The translations under genes and the position numbers were made by a program. A DNA stretch of 64,000 nucleotides from an uncultured Kiritimatiellota bacterium (GTDB taxonomy: Bacteria; Verrucomicrobiota; Kiritimatiellia; RFP12; DVOR01), in the NCBI GenBank assembly GCA_944391085.1, contig CALXSE010000008.1, positions 2,437 to 66,436 of the forward strand, in the 5' to 3' direction. Within the stretch, counting starts at the first letter, position 1, and every line of letters starts with the position of its first letter. Shown here piece by piece: positions 1 through 11,072 of this stretch. The notes below the pieces were generated by a model. That model was not told the origin of the DNA. It was given only the letters and a program-made list of their open reading frames with translations, and did no database searches.

Positions 1-1534
<1,534 letters not shown>

Positions 1535-1545
1535 GGGGGCTTTGC

Positions 1546-2502
1546 TCAGGCGTTCGCCTTGCAGAACGCGCGCACGTCGTCGAGCTGGCCGGCGGAGCCG
1601 AGCTTGACGTTCTTGGCGGCGATGAACTTGGCGTATTCCTCCATGAAGATCTTGCCGATCGGGCGGAGGTCGAAGTTCTCGGGGTGGTCGCGGAAGTATT
1701 CGCGGTGGACGCGGCACCACACCAGGCGGCCGTCGGTGTCGATGTTGATCTTGGTGACGCCCAGCTCGGCGGCGCGGCGGAACTGGTTGTCGTCGACGCC
1801 CTTGGCGCCGTCGAGCTTGCCGCCGGCGGCGTTGATGCGGGCGACCTCGTCCTGCGGGACGGAGGAGGAGCCGTGCATGACCAGCGGGAAGCCGGGGACC
1901 TTCTTCTGGATGTCGGCGAGCACGTCGAAGCGCAGGCCCTGGGTGCCCGTGAACTTGAACGCGCCGTGGGAGGTGCCGATGGCGCAGGCGAGCGAGTCGC
2001 AACCCGTGGCCTCGACGAAGCGCTTGACGTCCTCGGGGTTGGTGAGGCAGGCGTCCTTCTCGTCCACCGCCACGTGCTCCTCGACGCCGCCGAGCTTGCC
2101 CAGCTCGGCCTCGACGACGAGGCCCTTGGCGTGGGCCATGTCCACGATCTTCTTGGTGATGGCGACGTTCTCGTCGAAGGGCTTGGAGGAGGCGTCGATC
2201 ATCACGGAGCTGTAGAAGCCGGAGTTGATGCAGTCGATGCAGGAGGCCTCGTCGCCGTGGTCCAGGTGCACCGCGAAGACGGCCTCGGGGAAGATCTGGT
2301 CGGCGGCGCGGATGACGTTCTCAAGCATCAGCTTGTCGGTGTAGGCGCGCGCACCCTTGGAAATCTGGATGATGAAGGGGGCCTTGCTCTCGATGCACCC
2401 ACGGAACAGCCCCATGCACTGCTCCATGTTGTTGATGTTGTAAGCGCCGACGGCATACTTGCCATAAGCGTGCTTGAAGAGTTCCTTCGTCGTAACGATC
2501 AT
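1546..2502 (-). CDS. fba: class II fructose-1,6-bisphosphate aldolase
   Basis: C-terminal 318 aa of the 1002-aa track ORF: MIVTTKELFKHAYGKYAVGAYNINNMEQ...HLDHG...GTSHGAFKF...MHGSS. SD AGGAG lies before ATG 2502. The upstream extension is R/P-rich junk. Confidence 0.92.
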   Translation of the reverse strand: MIVTTKELFKHAYGKYAVGAYNINNMEQCMGLFRGCIESKAPFIIQISKGARAYTDKLMLENVIRAADQIFPEAVFAVHLDHGDEASCIDCINSGFYSSVMIDASSKPFDENVAITKKIVDMAHAKGLVVEAELGKLGGVEEHVAVDEKDACLTNPEDVKRFVEATGCDSLACAIGTSHGAFKFTGTQGLRFDVLADIQKKVPGFPLVMHGSSSVPQDEVARINAAGGKLDGAKGVDDNQFRRAAELGVTKINIDTDGRLVWCRVHREYFRDHPENFDLRPIGKIFMEEYAKFIAAKNVKLGSAGQLDDVRAFCKANA

Positions 2503-2539
2503 CGTTCTGACTCCTGGTTCGGGTTGATTGATGTGGCCT

Positions 2540-2568
2540 AGTATAGCACTTGGCACGCCGATCGGCAA
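2540..2568 (-). promoter_or_regulatory. sigma70-like promoter for fba (-35 TTGCCG, 17-nt spacer, extended -10 TGCTATACT)
   Basis: Minus strand reads TTGCCG (2568-2563), 17 nt, TATACT (2545-2540), with TG at -15/-14. A 37-nt leader with SD follows. Confidence 0.6.
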
Positions 2569-2727
2569 ACCCAAAGATGGCACGGCGGCCCCGCCCGCCC
2601 CTTCCGCCATGCCCCGAATTGGCCCGGGGCGGGATGTCTGCGAAAAGTGCTTGCAACTGGAGCCCGCTCCAATGTTAACGTATCTCCATTCACGCCGTAC
2701 CGCGGCCTGTCCCGCAAAGGAGCCGAC

Positions 2728-3408
2728 ATGAACCGTCCTTACATCGTTTGCCACATGATGACCTCCGCCGACGGGCGCATCGACTGCGCCATGACCGCCA
2801 AGCTCCGAGGCGTCGACGACTATTATGCCACACTCGAGGCCCTCGACGCGCCCAACACCCTCAGCGGCCGCGTCACCGCCGAGCTCGAGCTTGCCCTCCC
2901 CGGCCGCTATGCGCCCAGGGATCCCACGCCCATCGGGGGCGAGGCCTTCGCCAGGAACCGCGACGCCGCGGCCTACGAAATCGTCGTGGACACCAAAGGC
3001 TCGCTCCTTTGGCCGGACGACGCCGACGCCGACAAGCCCCACCTCGTCCTCACCTCCGCGCAGGCGCCCAAGGAATACCTCGACTACCTGAGCGCCCGCT
3101 CCGTCTCCTGGATCGTCTGCGGCGAAAGAAAAATCGACCTTCCCCATGCCATGGAGACGCTGGAGGCCGAGTTCGGCGTCAAACGCCTGGCCGTGGTCGG
3201 CGGGCCCACCATCAACACCGCCTTCCTCGCCGCCGGGCTGCTGGACGAAATCAGCCTGCTCATCGGCCTGGGCATCAACGGCCGCGCCGGCTTTCCGCCT
3301 GTCTTCGACGGCCTCCCCCAAGACGCCGAGCCCATCCCCCTCGCCCTCAAATCCGCCCAAGCCCTCCCCTCCGGCGCCGTCTGGCTCCGCTGGCTCCCCG
3401 CGAAGTGA
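2728..3408 (+). CDS. RibD C-terminal domain / dihydrofolate-reductase-like family protein
   Basis: MNRPYIVCHMMTSADGRID...LAVVGGPTINTAFLAAGLLDEISLLI matches the RibD_C-type reductase fold pattern. SD AAAGGAG lies before ATG 2728. Confidence 0.65.
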   Translation: MNRPYIVCHMMTSADGRIDCAMTAKLRGVDDYYATLEALDAPNTLSGRVTAELELALPGRYAPRDPTPIGGEAFARNRDAAAYEIVVDTKGSLLWPDDADADKPHLVLTSAQAPKEYLDYLSARSVSWIVCGERKIDLPHAMETLEAEFGVKRLAVVGGPTINTAFLAAGLLDEISLLIGLGINGRAGFPPVFDGLPQDAEPIPLALKSAQALPSGAVWLRWLPAK

Positions 3409-3491
3409 GCCGCGAGGGAAGGGACACCCCGTCCCGGGCGAACGGCCTCTGAGGGAAGAGTCCGCCGAGGGGCCGGGAAGGGCGTGGGGTG

Positions 3492-3500
3492 TGCTATAAT
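3492..3500 (+). promoter_or_regulatory. extended -10 promoter (TGCTATAAT), 7 nt before ATG 3508
   Basis: TGCTATAAT, then aaaagac, then ATG. There is no room for an SD, which implies a leaderless transcript. Confidence 0.55.
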
Positions 3501-3507
3501 AAAAGAC

Positions 3508-4521
3508 ATGTTGCGGCGAAGGACGTTTTTGGGTCTGCTGGGCGGGGCGGCGACGCTCCGCACGGGGGTGTGCGCCGCGCAACGGGGCACGGACGGGGAA
3601 AAGGGCTTGGTCTTGTCGCCGCCGACGGCGGGCCAGCCGATCCTGGACGGCTCGCGGCGCGCGGGGGTCTTCATGGACACGGGGACGGGGCGGCCCGAGA
3701 GCGGGATGTTCGGCAACGTGCGCAAGTTCGCCGATGGTTCGCCGCGCTTCCATGAGGGCATCGACATCGCGCCGGCCCAGCCGTGGCGGCGGGACGAGGC
3801 GCCGCGGGACACGGTGCGCGCGGCGGCGGCGGGCACCGTGGCGTACGTGAACCGCCACGCGGCGAACCCTTCGCTTTACGGGAACTACGCGGTGCTGACG
3901 CACGCGGCGCCGGGCCTCGGCACGATCTACACGCTGTATGCGCACCTGGCGCGCTTCGAGCCGGGGCTGCGGGCCGGAGCGCGGGTGGCGGCGGGCGCGC
4001 CGCTGGGCGTGATGGGGCACACGCCGGACTTCCCGTTGGCGCGGGCGCACCTGCATTTCGAGATCGGGCTGGTGATGAACGTCCATTACCCGCTCATCGA
4101 CCCGCAGCACGGCATTTGGAACGGCGCGAACCTCTATGGCATCGATCCGTGCGACGCCTTCCGCGAGCAACGGGAGCGGGGCTTCTTTGACGTTGGCGCG
4201 TACGTGCGGGGGCGCCCGGCGGCCTACGCGCGGCGCGTGGACGCCGCGGCGGGGGAGATGGATTTCTTCCGGCGTTACCCCTCGCTCTGGCGGGGGCCGC
4301 GGCCCGCGGGCGGGGCAAGCTGGGTGGCCTTCTCGCGCGAGGGGATCCCGGTGCTGGGGCGGGCGTGCGCGGGGACGCCAGAGCCGGCGGCGAACCGGGC
4401 GGCGCTGCGGACGGGGCGCGACTGGTCGGATCCGGGGCGCTGGGAATTGCTGTTGGACAATCTGACGGTCTCGCCGACGAGGCCGCCGAGGCACCCCATC
4501 CGCGCGGGCGAGGTGGGATAA
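3508..4521 (+). CDS. M23 family metallopeptidase with twin-arginine (Tat) signal
   Basis: MLRRRTFLGLLGGAATL is a Tat motif (RRRTFL). M23 zinc motifs are FHEGIDI and HLHFEI. Confidence 0.8.
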   Translation: MLRRRTFLGLLGGAATLRTGVCAAQRGTDGEKGLVLSPPTAGQPILDGSRRAGVFMDTGTGRPESGMFGNVRKFADGSPRFHEGIDIAPAQPWRRDEAPRDTVRAAAAGTVAYVNRHAANPSLYGNYAVLTHAAPGLGTIYTLYAHLARFEPGLRAGARVAAGAPLGVMGHTPDFPLARAHLHFEIGLVMNVHYPLIDPQHGIWNGANLYGIDPCDAFREQRERGFFDVGAYVRGRPAAYARRVDAAAGEMDFFRRYPSLWRGPRPAGGASWVAFSREGIPVLGRACAGTPEPAANRAALRTGRDWSDPGRWELLLDNLTVSPTRPPRHPIRAGEVG

Positions 4522-4531
4522 GGAGACGGTC

Positions 4532-5569
4532 ATGCGCATTCTCTTGGTGGACAATCTGCTGATCCGGCGCTATGGCAAGCTGCGCATGGGGCCGGGGCGG
4601 GCGCTCGCGTGCGGCGCGGTGCGCGGGAACCATCGGCTGTGCGAGTTCTCCGACCGCGACCTGGCGCGCTACATGGGCCTGGGCATCCGCGCCCTGGGCG
4701 AACGGCTCGTGAACAAGGCGCTCGTCAAGACGGCCCGCAACTTCCGCCCCGAGGCCGTGCTCCTGGGCCACTGCGACTTCATCCGCAACGAGACGCTCGC
4801 GGCCATCCGCCGCGACGTCCCAGGCGTGCGCATCGCCCACTTCAACGTCGACCCGATGTGCGACGCTCACCCCCAGGCGCAGATGCGCGAGCGGATGGAA
4901 AGCTGCGACGCGCTCTTCGCCACCACCGCCGGCGAACGCTGGCTCAAGCCCTTCGCCACGGGAAAAAACGTCGTCGCCTACATGCCCAACCCCTCCGACC
5001 CCGCGCTCGAGACGCTCGACAACAGCCGCCGCGGGGCCGACGACTTCTCGTGCGACCTCTTCTATGCCGGGCAGCCGCGCCAGGGCGACCCCAGGCTGGA
5101 CTTCATCACGCGCCTTTCCGAGGCCGTGCGCAAGACGCCCCTGCGCTTCGAGCTCGTGGGCATGGGCGGACGGCCCGCGGTCGTCGGCGGCGCGGCGTAC
5201 GACGACCTGCTGGCCGGCGCCAAGATGGGGCTGAACATCAACCGGTACTTCGGCATGAAGTGGTATTCCTCAGACCGCATCGCCCACCTCATGGGTTCGG
5301 GCATCCTCACCGCGCTCTACGACGGCGACCAGATGCAGCGCTTCTTCACCGACCGGGAGGCCCTTTTCTTCCACGACGTGCCGGATCTGCTCGACCGCCT
5401 CCTCTGGTTCCACGCACACGACGACGCCCGCCGCGCCGTCGCCGCCGCCGGCCGCGCCGCCTACCATGCCAGGTTCGGCGGCGAGCGCGTCCTGCGCTTC
5501 ATGCTCGAGACGCTCTTCGGGCACCGGCACAGCGAGCCCTACGAATGGGCCGAGGAGACCTACGCATGA
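4532..5569 (+). CDS. glycosyltransferase, CgeB/DUF3880-like family (tentative)
   Basis: 345-aa ORF with SD AAGGAG. The C-terminal half (GMKWYSSDRIAHLMGSGILTALYD...FF...D..DLLDRLLWF..HDDARRAVAAAGRA) resembles the CgeB-type GT1-like domain. Confidence 0.5.
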   Translation: MRILLVDNLLIRRYGKLRMGPGRALACGAVRGNHRLCEFSDRDLARYMGLGIRALGERLVNKALVKTARNFRPEAVLLGHCDFIRNETLAAIRRDVPGVRIAHFNVDPMCDAHPQAQMRERMESCDALFATTAGERWLKPFATGKNVVAYMPNPSDPALETLDNSRRGADDFSCDLFYAGQPRQGDPRLDFITRLSEAVRKTPLRFELVGMGGRPAVVGGAAYDDLLAGAKMGLNINRYFGMKWYSSDRIAHLMGSGILTALYDGDQMQRFFTDREALFFHDVPDLLDRLLWFHAHDDARRAVAAAGRAAYHARFGGERVLRFMLETLFGHRHSEPYEWAEETYA

Positions 5570-6453
5570 CCCTGAACTCCCTTGACCGCGTCCGCGTCGC
5601 CGACTGCCCCGCCGTACACGCGCGCCTCTCCCTGGCCAACGTCACCGACACCGCGCGTACCCTCGAGCGCAACCACCTCTGCGGCCCCATCGCCGGCCTC
5701 GTCCAGGCCGAGCTCGCCGGCTGCGCCGCCCTCATGGGGCAGGATCGCCTCGCCGCGCCCGGGCAAAAGCTCGCCCTGCGCGTCACCCTCCCCGATGGCG
5801 CGCTCGGCGGCGCGCACCTGGAATGCGCCCGCTCCGCGCACGGCCTGGACATCCGCGGCTACACCCGCCAGAAGGTGCTCCCCGGCATCGACGACGGCGA
5901 CGCGCCAGACGAGACGCTCTTCGACCGCGCCATGGGCCGCAGCGCCCGTTGCGCCGTCGTCGCCGCGGAGGGCGACTCGCACTTCGACCTCTCCTTCGAC
6001 GACCGCCTCACCGTCACCGACATCCTCGAGGACTACTTCGTCTCCGCCCTCGGCCGCAACGCCCTGGCGCAGGTCTCCGCCGCCAGCAGGGTCGGCTACG
6101 TCGAATGCGCCCACGCCCTCCTCTGCGAGTTCCTCCCGGAGGCCGACGACGGGGCCTACGAGCGCGCCCGCCAGGCCTTCGACGACGGCGCCGTGCAGGA
6201 CGCGCTCGACGGCGGCGCCGACCTGGCCGCCATGGCCCGCCTGCTGGGCCTGGGCGAACCCGTGCCCGTGGCCGACGTGCCCGTGCGCTTCGCGTGCGGC
6301 TGTTCCGGCCAAAAGGTGCTCGCCATGCTCCGCGCCCTGCCCCGCGCCGACCTGGCCGCCATGATTGCCGAGAATCGGCCCTCGGACATCTACTGCCACA
6401 TGTGCGGCAAGTGTTACACCATCACCCCGGAACAGCTCAAGGCCCTGCTGTGA
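5566..6453 (+). CDS. hslO: Hsp33 family redox-regulated chaperone
   Basis: C-terminal zinc centre FACGCS...YCHMCGKCY (CxC...CxxC) is typical of Hsp33. ATGA overlap with the upstream gene. Confidence 0.85.
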   Translation: MTLNSLDRVRVADCPAVHARLSLANVTDTARTLERNHLCGPIAGLVQAELAGCAALMGQDRLAAPGQKLALRVTLPDGALGGAHLECARSAHGLDIRGYTRQKVLPGIDDGDAPDETLFDRAMGRSARCAVVAAEGDSHFDLSFDDRLTVTDILEDYFVSALGRNALAQVSAASRVGYVECAHALLCEFLPEADDGAYERARQAFDDGAVQDALDGGADLAAMARLLGLGEPVPVADVPVRFACGCSGQKVLAMLRALPRADLAAMIAENRPSDIYCHMCGKCYTITPEQLKALL

Positions 6454-7622
6454 AACCGCTCAACATCCTTTACGACCGCAACATGGAGCTCGGCTCCGCC
6501 CTTTTCCGCCGCCTCGGCAAAGCCCGCGCCGTGGAAGGCCGCAAGCTCACCCGCGCCGACCTCGCGGCGTGCGACCTCCTCTTCGTCCGCTCCACCTGCC
6601 GCCTGACCCGCGACCTGCTCGAAGGCACCCCCGTGCGCTTCGTCGGCAGCGGCGTCGCCGGCACCGACCACATCGACTTCGACGCCCTCCGCGACCTTGG
6701 CATCCGCGTCGAGACCGCCCCCGGATGCAACGCGGAGAGCGTCGCGGATTACTTCGTGGCCGCCATGCTCGCCCTCGGCGAGCGGCAGGGCCGCGACTGG
6801 CGCGGCGCCACGCTCGGCATCGTCGGCGTCGGCCACGTCGGCGCCATCGTCAAACGCTTCGCCGAGGAGGCCCTCGGCATGAGAACCCTCTGCTGCGACC
6901 CCCCGCGCAAAGACGACGGCGACCCCCGCGCCCGCGGCTTCCTCAGCCTGGAGGAGCTCCTCCCGCAGGTCGACGCCCTCACCCTCCACACCCCCCTCAA
7001 CGAAACGGGCCCCTACCGCACCCGCCACCTTATCGACGGCCCCGCCGCCCGCCGCCTCAAGCCCGGCGCGACCCTCCTCAACTTCGCCCGCGGCCCCATC
7101 TGCGACGACGCCCTCCTGGCCGCCATGCTCGAGACCGGCCTCCTCGCGGACGCCGCCGTCGACTGCTGGGAGGGCGAACCGGACTACCCCGCCGGGCTCG
7201 CCCGCCTCGCCGCCCTCGCCACCCCGCACGTCGCCGGGCACGCCTTCGAGGGCCGCGCCAACGGCACCCTCGCCGTCTACCGGGCCGCCTGCGACTTCCT
7301 CGGCGCCGACCCCGGGCCCGTCCCGCGCTTCCCCCGCGCCCCCGTGCCCGCGCTCGAGATCGACTGCGCCGGGCTGGACGACGCGCAGATCCTCCGCCGG
7401 GCGGTCCGGGCCGCCTGCGACATCGAGGCCGACACCGCCCGCTTCCGCGCCGCCTATTCGGACGACGAGGCCGAGCGGCGCGCGCGTTTCGACGCCCTCC
7501 GCCGGGACTATCCCCACCGCCGCCTCTTCCCCGCCACCAGGCTCACCCTGCTGCGCCCCACCCCAACCATCCTTCCCAAGCTCTCGGCCCTCGGCTTCCC
7601 CGTCAAGGCCAAAGGCAAATGA
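6450..7622 (+). CDS. pdxB: 4-phosphoerythronate dehydrogenase
   Basis: GTG start in a GTGA overlap with hslO. VKPLNILYDRNMELGSALFRRLG parallels the E. coli PdxB N-terminus. GIVGVGHVG is the NAD site. A PdxB-type C-terminal domain is present. Confidence 0.8.
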   Translation: MKPLNILYDRNMELGSALFRRLGKARAVEGRKLTRADLAACDLLFVRSTCRLTRDLLEGTPVRFVGSGVAGTDHIDFDALRDLGIRVETAPGCNAESVADYFVAAMLALGERQGRDWRGATLGIVGVGHVGAIVKRFAEEALGMRTLCCDPPRKDDGDPRARGFLSLEELLPQVDALTLHTPLNETGPYRTRHLIDGPAARRLKPGATLLNFARGPICDDALLAAMLETGLLADAAVDCWEGEPDYPAGLARLAALATPHVAGHAFEGRANGTLAVYRAACDFLGADPGPVPRFPRAPVPALEIDCAGLDDAQILRRAVRAACDIEADTARFRAAYSDDEAERRARFDALRRDYPHRRLFPATRLTLLRPTPTILPKLSALGFPVKAKGK

Positions 7623-7625
7623 GAA

Positions 7626-7657
7626 GGGCCCCGGCCGGAAGCCGGGGCTTTCGTTTT
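7626..7657 (+). terminator. intrinsic terminator after pdxB
   Basis: GCCCCGGC (7628-7635), cggaa loop, GCCGGGGC (7641-7648), then TTTCGTTTT. Confidence 0.7.
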
Positions 7658-7671
7658 GCCGGGCGTTGGCG

Positions 7672-9123
7672 TCAGGGGGCTGCGGTGAGGAGCGGCGCCT
7701 GGGGGACGTTCTCTGGGTCGGCGTTGGCGGCGGCGTCCTGCGGGGTTTCGTCGGCCCAGCCGCCGCCGAAGGCGCGGTAAAGGGTGATGGCGTTGGAGAA
7801 AAGCTGGGCACGGTGGTTGACGAGGGCCTCCTGGGCGGAAAGGAGGCTGGACTGGCGGGTGAGGACGTCGTCGACGGTAATCTCGCCGTTCTCGTAAAGC
7901 TGGTTGGCGATGCGGAGGGCCTCGGCGCTGTAGCCCTCCGCGTCTTCGAGCGCCTGGGTGCGCTCGGCCTCGCGGTTGCAGGCGTCCCAGGCGGACTCGG
8001 CCTCCTGGTAGGCGTTGAGGACGGTGTCGCGGTAGTCGGCGAGGGTGGCCTCGAGGGTGAGCTTGGCGGATTCGACGCGCTTGCGCCAGAGGCCGAAGCC
8101 GAAGAGGTTCCAGCTGAAGGAGGGGCCGAAGGAAAGGTTGCGGGTGTAGGAATCCCAAGGCGAGAGGTCGGGGGAGGAGAGGCCGACGCTGCCGCCGAGG
8201 GTGAGGCGGGGGTAAAGCTCGGCCATGGCGACGCCGACGGCGGCGGTCTGGGCGCGGACGTCTTCCTCGGCCATGCGGACATCGGCACGGCGGCGGAGGA
8301 GTTCGTTGGGGAGGAACTTGGGGGAGAGCTCGGGAAGGGACATGAGGTCGAACGTCTCGCGCATCCGGGCCTGGGTGGCGTAGGGGGCCTGGCCGGTGAG
8401 CCAGTCAAGGCGGAGCTGGGCGGCGATGAGGTTCTTGCGGAGCGTGGGGATGGAGGCGCGGGTGGTGGCGGTCTGCGCTTCGGCGGCGACGACGTCGTAG
8501 CGGGGGACGATGCCGGCGTTGGCGCGCTGGCGGATGACGGCGGCGGTCTTCTCCTGGAGGGCCAGGTTGGCCTCGGCGATGTTGACCTGCGCGGCGTATT
8601 GGCGGATCTCGACGTAGGCGAGGGCGATCTCGGCGGCGAGAGAGACGCGGATGTCCTGGAGGCTGTAGGCGAGGCGGGCCTCGGCGGCGAATTGCTGCTC
8701 GACGGCCCGGCGGACGCCGCCGAAGATGTCGATTTCCCAGGAGGCGTCGCCGCGGGCGGAGAGGCTGTCTTCCCAGCCTGTGGCGTTGCGGCCCCAGGCG
8801 CGCCCCCATTCGTAGGCGCCGGAGGCGGTGAAATGGGGCCAGAAATCGGCCTCGGCGCTTTCACGGAGGGCGCGCTGGGCGCGAAGGCTGGCGATGGCGG
8901 ATTCGACGGTGGGGGCGTTGGCAAGGCCCTGGTCGATGAGCTCGACGAGGAGGGGGTCGTTGAACCACTCCCACCAGCGGGCAAGGGAGGCGTCCCCGCC
9001 AAGGCCGTTGCCGGCAAACAGCTCGTGGGTGGCCTCGGGCGCCTCGGGGGGGGCGTAGTCGGGGCCGACGGCGGCGCAGCCCGCGAGAAGAAGGGCGAGG
9101 GCGTGGACGGGAAGGCGCTTCAT
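7672..9123 (-). CDS. RND-efflux outer membrane factor lipoprotein (NodT/TolC family)
   Basis: Lipobox LLLAGC. GPDY motif, WW..F.D..L, two TolC-like repeats, and C-terminal LYRAFGGGW. Confidence 0.85.
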   Translation of the reverse strand: MKRLPVHALALLLAGCAAVGPDYAPPEAPEATHELFAGNGLGGDASLARWWEWFNDPLLVELIDQGLANAPTVESAIASLRAQRALRESAEADFWPHFTASGAYEWGRAWGRNATGWEDSLSARGDASWEIDIFGGVRRAVEQQFAAEARLAYSLQDIRVSLAAEIALAYVEIRQYAAQVNIAEANLALQEKTAAVIRQRANAGIVPRYDVVAAEAQTATTRASIPTLRKNLIAAQLRLDWLTGQAPYATQARMRETFDLMSLPELSPKFLPNELLRRRADVRMAEEDVRAQTAAVGVAMAELYPRLTLGGSVGLSSPDLSPWDSYTRNLSFGPSFSWNLFGFGLWRKRVESAKLTLEATLADYRDTVLNAYQEAESAWDACNREAERTQALEDAEGYSAEALRIANQLYENGEITVDDVLTRQSSLLSAQEALVNHRAQLFSNAITLYRAFGGGWADETPQDAAANADPENVPQAPLLTAAP

Positions 9124-9126
9124 GGG

Positions 9127-9624
9127 TCAGGCCCGGGCAACGGACTCGATGACGATGGGCGTGTGGGGGACGTCCTGGTAGCCGGCGCGGATGCCGGTGG
9201 GGGCCTGCTCGATGTCGTCGACGGTGTCGAAGCCGGCGATGACGCGGCCGAAGACGGCGTAACCGTAGGCGGAGGGGTTGGGGGCGCGGAAGTCGAGAAA
9301 GTCGTTGTCGACGGTGTTGATGAAGAATTGGGCGGTGGCGGAGTGGATCTCGGGCGTGCGGGCCATGGCGATGGCGTACTTGACGTTCTTGAGGCCGTTG
9401 GAGGCTTCATTCCGGATGGGCTCACGGGTGGGCTTCTGGCGCATCTCGGGCGTGAAGCCGCCGCCTTGGATCATAAAGCCGGGGATGACGCGGTGGAAGA
9501 TGAGGCCGTCGTAAAACCCTTCGTCCACATAGCGCAGAAAGTTGGCGACGGTGATGGGGGCGGCGGACTCATCGAGCTCGAGGGTGATATCGCCTTTGTT
9601 CGTCTTCATGATGACGGTCGTCAT
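9127..9624 (-). CDS. ppiB: cyclophilin-type peptidyl-prolyl cis-trans isomerase
   Basis: MTTVIMKTNKGDITLELDESAAPITVANFLRYV...FHRVIPGFMIQGGG. SD AAAGGAG. Its stop is 3 nt from the OMF start. Confidence 0.9.
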   Translation of the reverse strand: MTTVIMKTNKGDITLELDESAAPITVANFLRYVDEGFYDGLIFHRVIPGFMIQGGGFTPEMRQKPTREPIRNEASNGLKNVKYAIAMARTPEIHSATAQFFINTVDNDFLDFRAPNPSAYGYAVFGRVIAGFDTVDDIEQAPTGIRAGYQDVPHTPIVIESVARA

Positions 9625-9642
9625 GGGGATCTCCTTTCCCCC

Positions 9643-9651
9643 ATTATCGCA
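9643..9651 (-). promoter_or_regulatory. extended -10 promoter (TGCGATAAT) for ppiB-OMF
   Basis: Minus strand reads TGCGATAAT, then an 18-nt leader containing the SD. Confidence 0.5.
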
Positions 9652-9710
9652 CAAACGCCCCCCACGCCGCCACCCCGGCGCCCTGCGGTGCATACGCCCA
9701 TACGCGGCGC

Positions 9711-11072
9711 TCAGGCGAAGTCGCGCAGATGGCCGAGGAGCGCGCGGGCGGATTTGAGCAGGTACCCGGGGTGCGCGGCGGCGCGGGCGGCGGCGCGAAG
9801 CAAGGGGCGGGGCTGGAGATGGCCGCGGTAGGCATGGGCGACGAGGGCCTTGACCTCGGCCTCGGAAAGGGGGCAGCGCATGACGGGGCCGCGCATGTCG
9901 TAGGCGTCCCAATCCTCCGTCAGCAACCCGCCGGCGGCCTGAAGCTCGCGGAAGAGCGGCGTCCCGGGATAGGGGACGAGCCAGGTGGCCTGAAGCGTGT
10001 GGGCATGGCCGCGGCGGAGCAGCTCGCGCCCAAGCGCGGCGGTCCGGCGGGCCTCCTCCGGCGTCTCCCACGGGTAGCCGAACATGAGCGTGAGGTGGAC
10101 GTGCAGCCCGGCCTCGGCGGCCAGGCGCGCGCCCTCACGGATCTGTTCGACGGCGATGCCTTTGCGCAGGCGGTCGAGCGTCGCCTGATTGGCGGACTCG
10201 ACGCCGAAGAGCACCATGCGGTAACCCGCGCGGCGCATCAGGCGGTAGTCCGCGGCCGTGAGCGCGCCGAAGCGCTGGTTGCAGTCGATGCGGACGCGCC
10301 GGGCGTAACCGCGCGAAAGCAGGCCCTCGCAAAAGGCCCGAAGCCAGTCCCCGGTGGGCTGGCTGCCCGCGTCGTCCATGATTTCACGCACGCCCAGCCC
10401 AACGAGCCCGCCGACCTCGTCCAAGACGTGCGGCACGGGGCGGACGCGGTAGGCGGGGTAAAGCGCGGCCCACGAGCAAAACGTGCAACGCCCATGCCAG
10501 CAATCGCGCGCCGACATCAGATACGCGCCCGGCGTGCGCAGGAAGTTCCCGTTCCGATAGGCGTAGTCGCGCCACCGCGTGAGCCCGCGGTCGATTTGCG
10601 GCAGGGCGGCGAGGTCGACGGGGACGTCGCGCCTCTCGGCCCACGCCAGCAGGGCGAAGTCATAGTCCCCGCCCCGGAGCGCCACGTCCACGGGCGCGTT
10701 GCGGCGGGTCTCCTCGGGCAACGCGCTCACATGGTCGCCCGCGAAGAGGAGCCGACAGCGCGGCAGGCGGCGCTTGAGCTCGCGCGCCCACGCCCAATGG
10801 AACTTCACCACCGGCGTCTTGGTCTCCACGAAGACGGCGTCCGGCCCCCACCCTTCCAGCTCGCGCCAGAAAGCCTCCGGCGAAAGCCCGCGCGCGATGC
10901 CGTCCAGCCACAGCACCTCGTGCCCATGGGCGCGCAGGAGCGTGGCGGCGGAGGCCGGCACCACGGGGTAGATGGCCGTGGGGCGGTCAAACCACTGGAA
11001 CTGCCGGTTCTGGCTGAGCAGCGGCGTTCCCTTGGCCGAGGGGATGGGCGGATAGCAGATCGCCAGCCTCAT
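9711..11072 (-). CDS. B12-binding-domain radical SAM protein (function unknown)
   Basis: N-terminal Rossmann-like B12-binding region (LLRAHGHEVLWLDG...DAVFVETKT). Cluster motif read from DNA is RDCWHGRCTFCSW. ATGA overlap with the upstream PMM gene. Confidence 0.75.
   Translation of the reverse strand: MRLAICYPPIPSAKGTPLLSQNRQFQWFDRPTAIYPVVPASAATLLRAHGHEVLWLDGIARGLSPEAFWRELEGWGPDAVFVETKTPVVKFHWAWARELKRRLPRCRLLFAGDHVSALPEETRRNAPVDVALRGGDYDFALLAWAERRDVPVDLAALPQIDRGLTRWRDYAYRNGNFLRTPGAYLMSARDCWHGRCTFCSWAALYPAYRVRPVPHVLDEVGGLVGLGVREIMDDAGSQPTGDWLRAFCEGLLSRGYARRVRIDCNQRFGALTAADYRLMRRAGYRMVLFGVESANQATLDRLRKGIAVEQIREGARLAAEAGLHVHLTLMFGYPWETPEEARRTAALGRELLRRGHAHTLQATWLVPYPGTPLFRELQAAGGLLTEDWDAYDMRGPVMRCPLSEAEVKALVAHAYRGHLQPRPLLRAAARAAAHPGYLLKSARALLGHLRDFA

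Noticed and set aside
1546-4554. 1002-aa minus-strand ORF.
   Set aside because: Only the last 318 aa (fba) look like a real protein. The upstream two-thirds is R/P/G-rich read-through, antisense to the RibD_C-like and M23 peptidase genes.
6414-9017. 867-aa minus-strand P/S/T/A-rich ORF. Similar long ORFs occur at 14297-17392 (minus), 23911-27906 (plus), 45856-49086 (minus), 49044-51869 (minus), 53704-55956 (plus), 56885-59920 (plus, N-terminal part) and 61316-63973 (minus).
   Set aside because: All overlap well-supported genes on the opposite strand or in another frame. Their low-complexity composition is that of an alternative frame in GC-rich DNA. They are treated as artefacts of stop-codon paucity.
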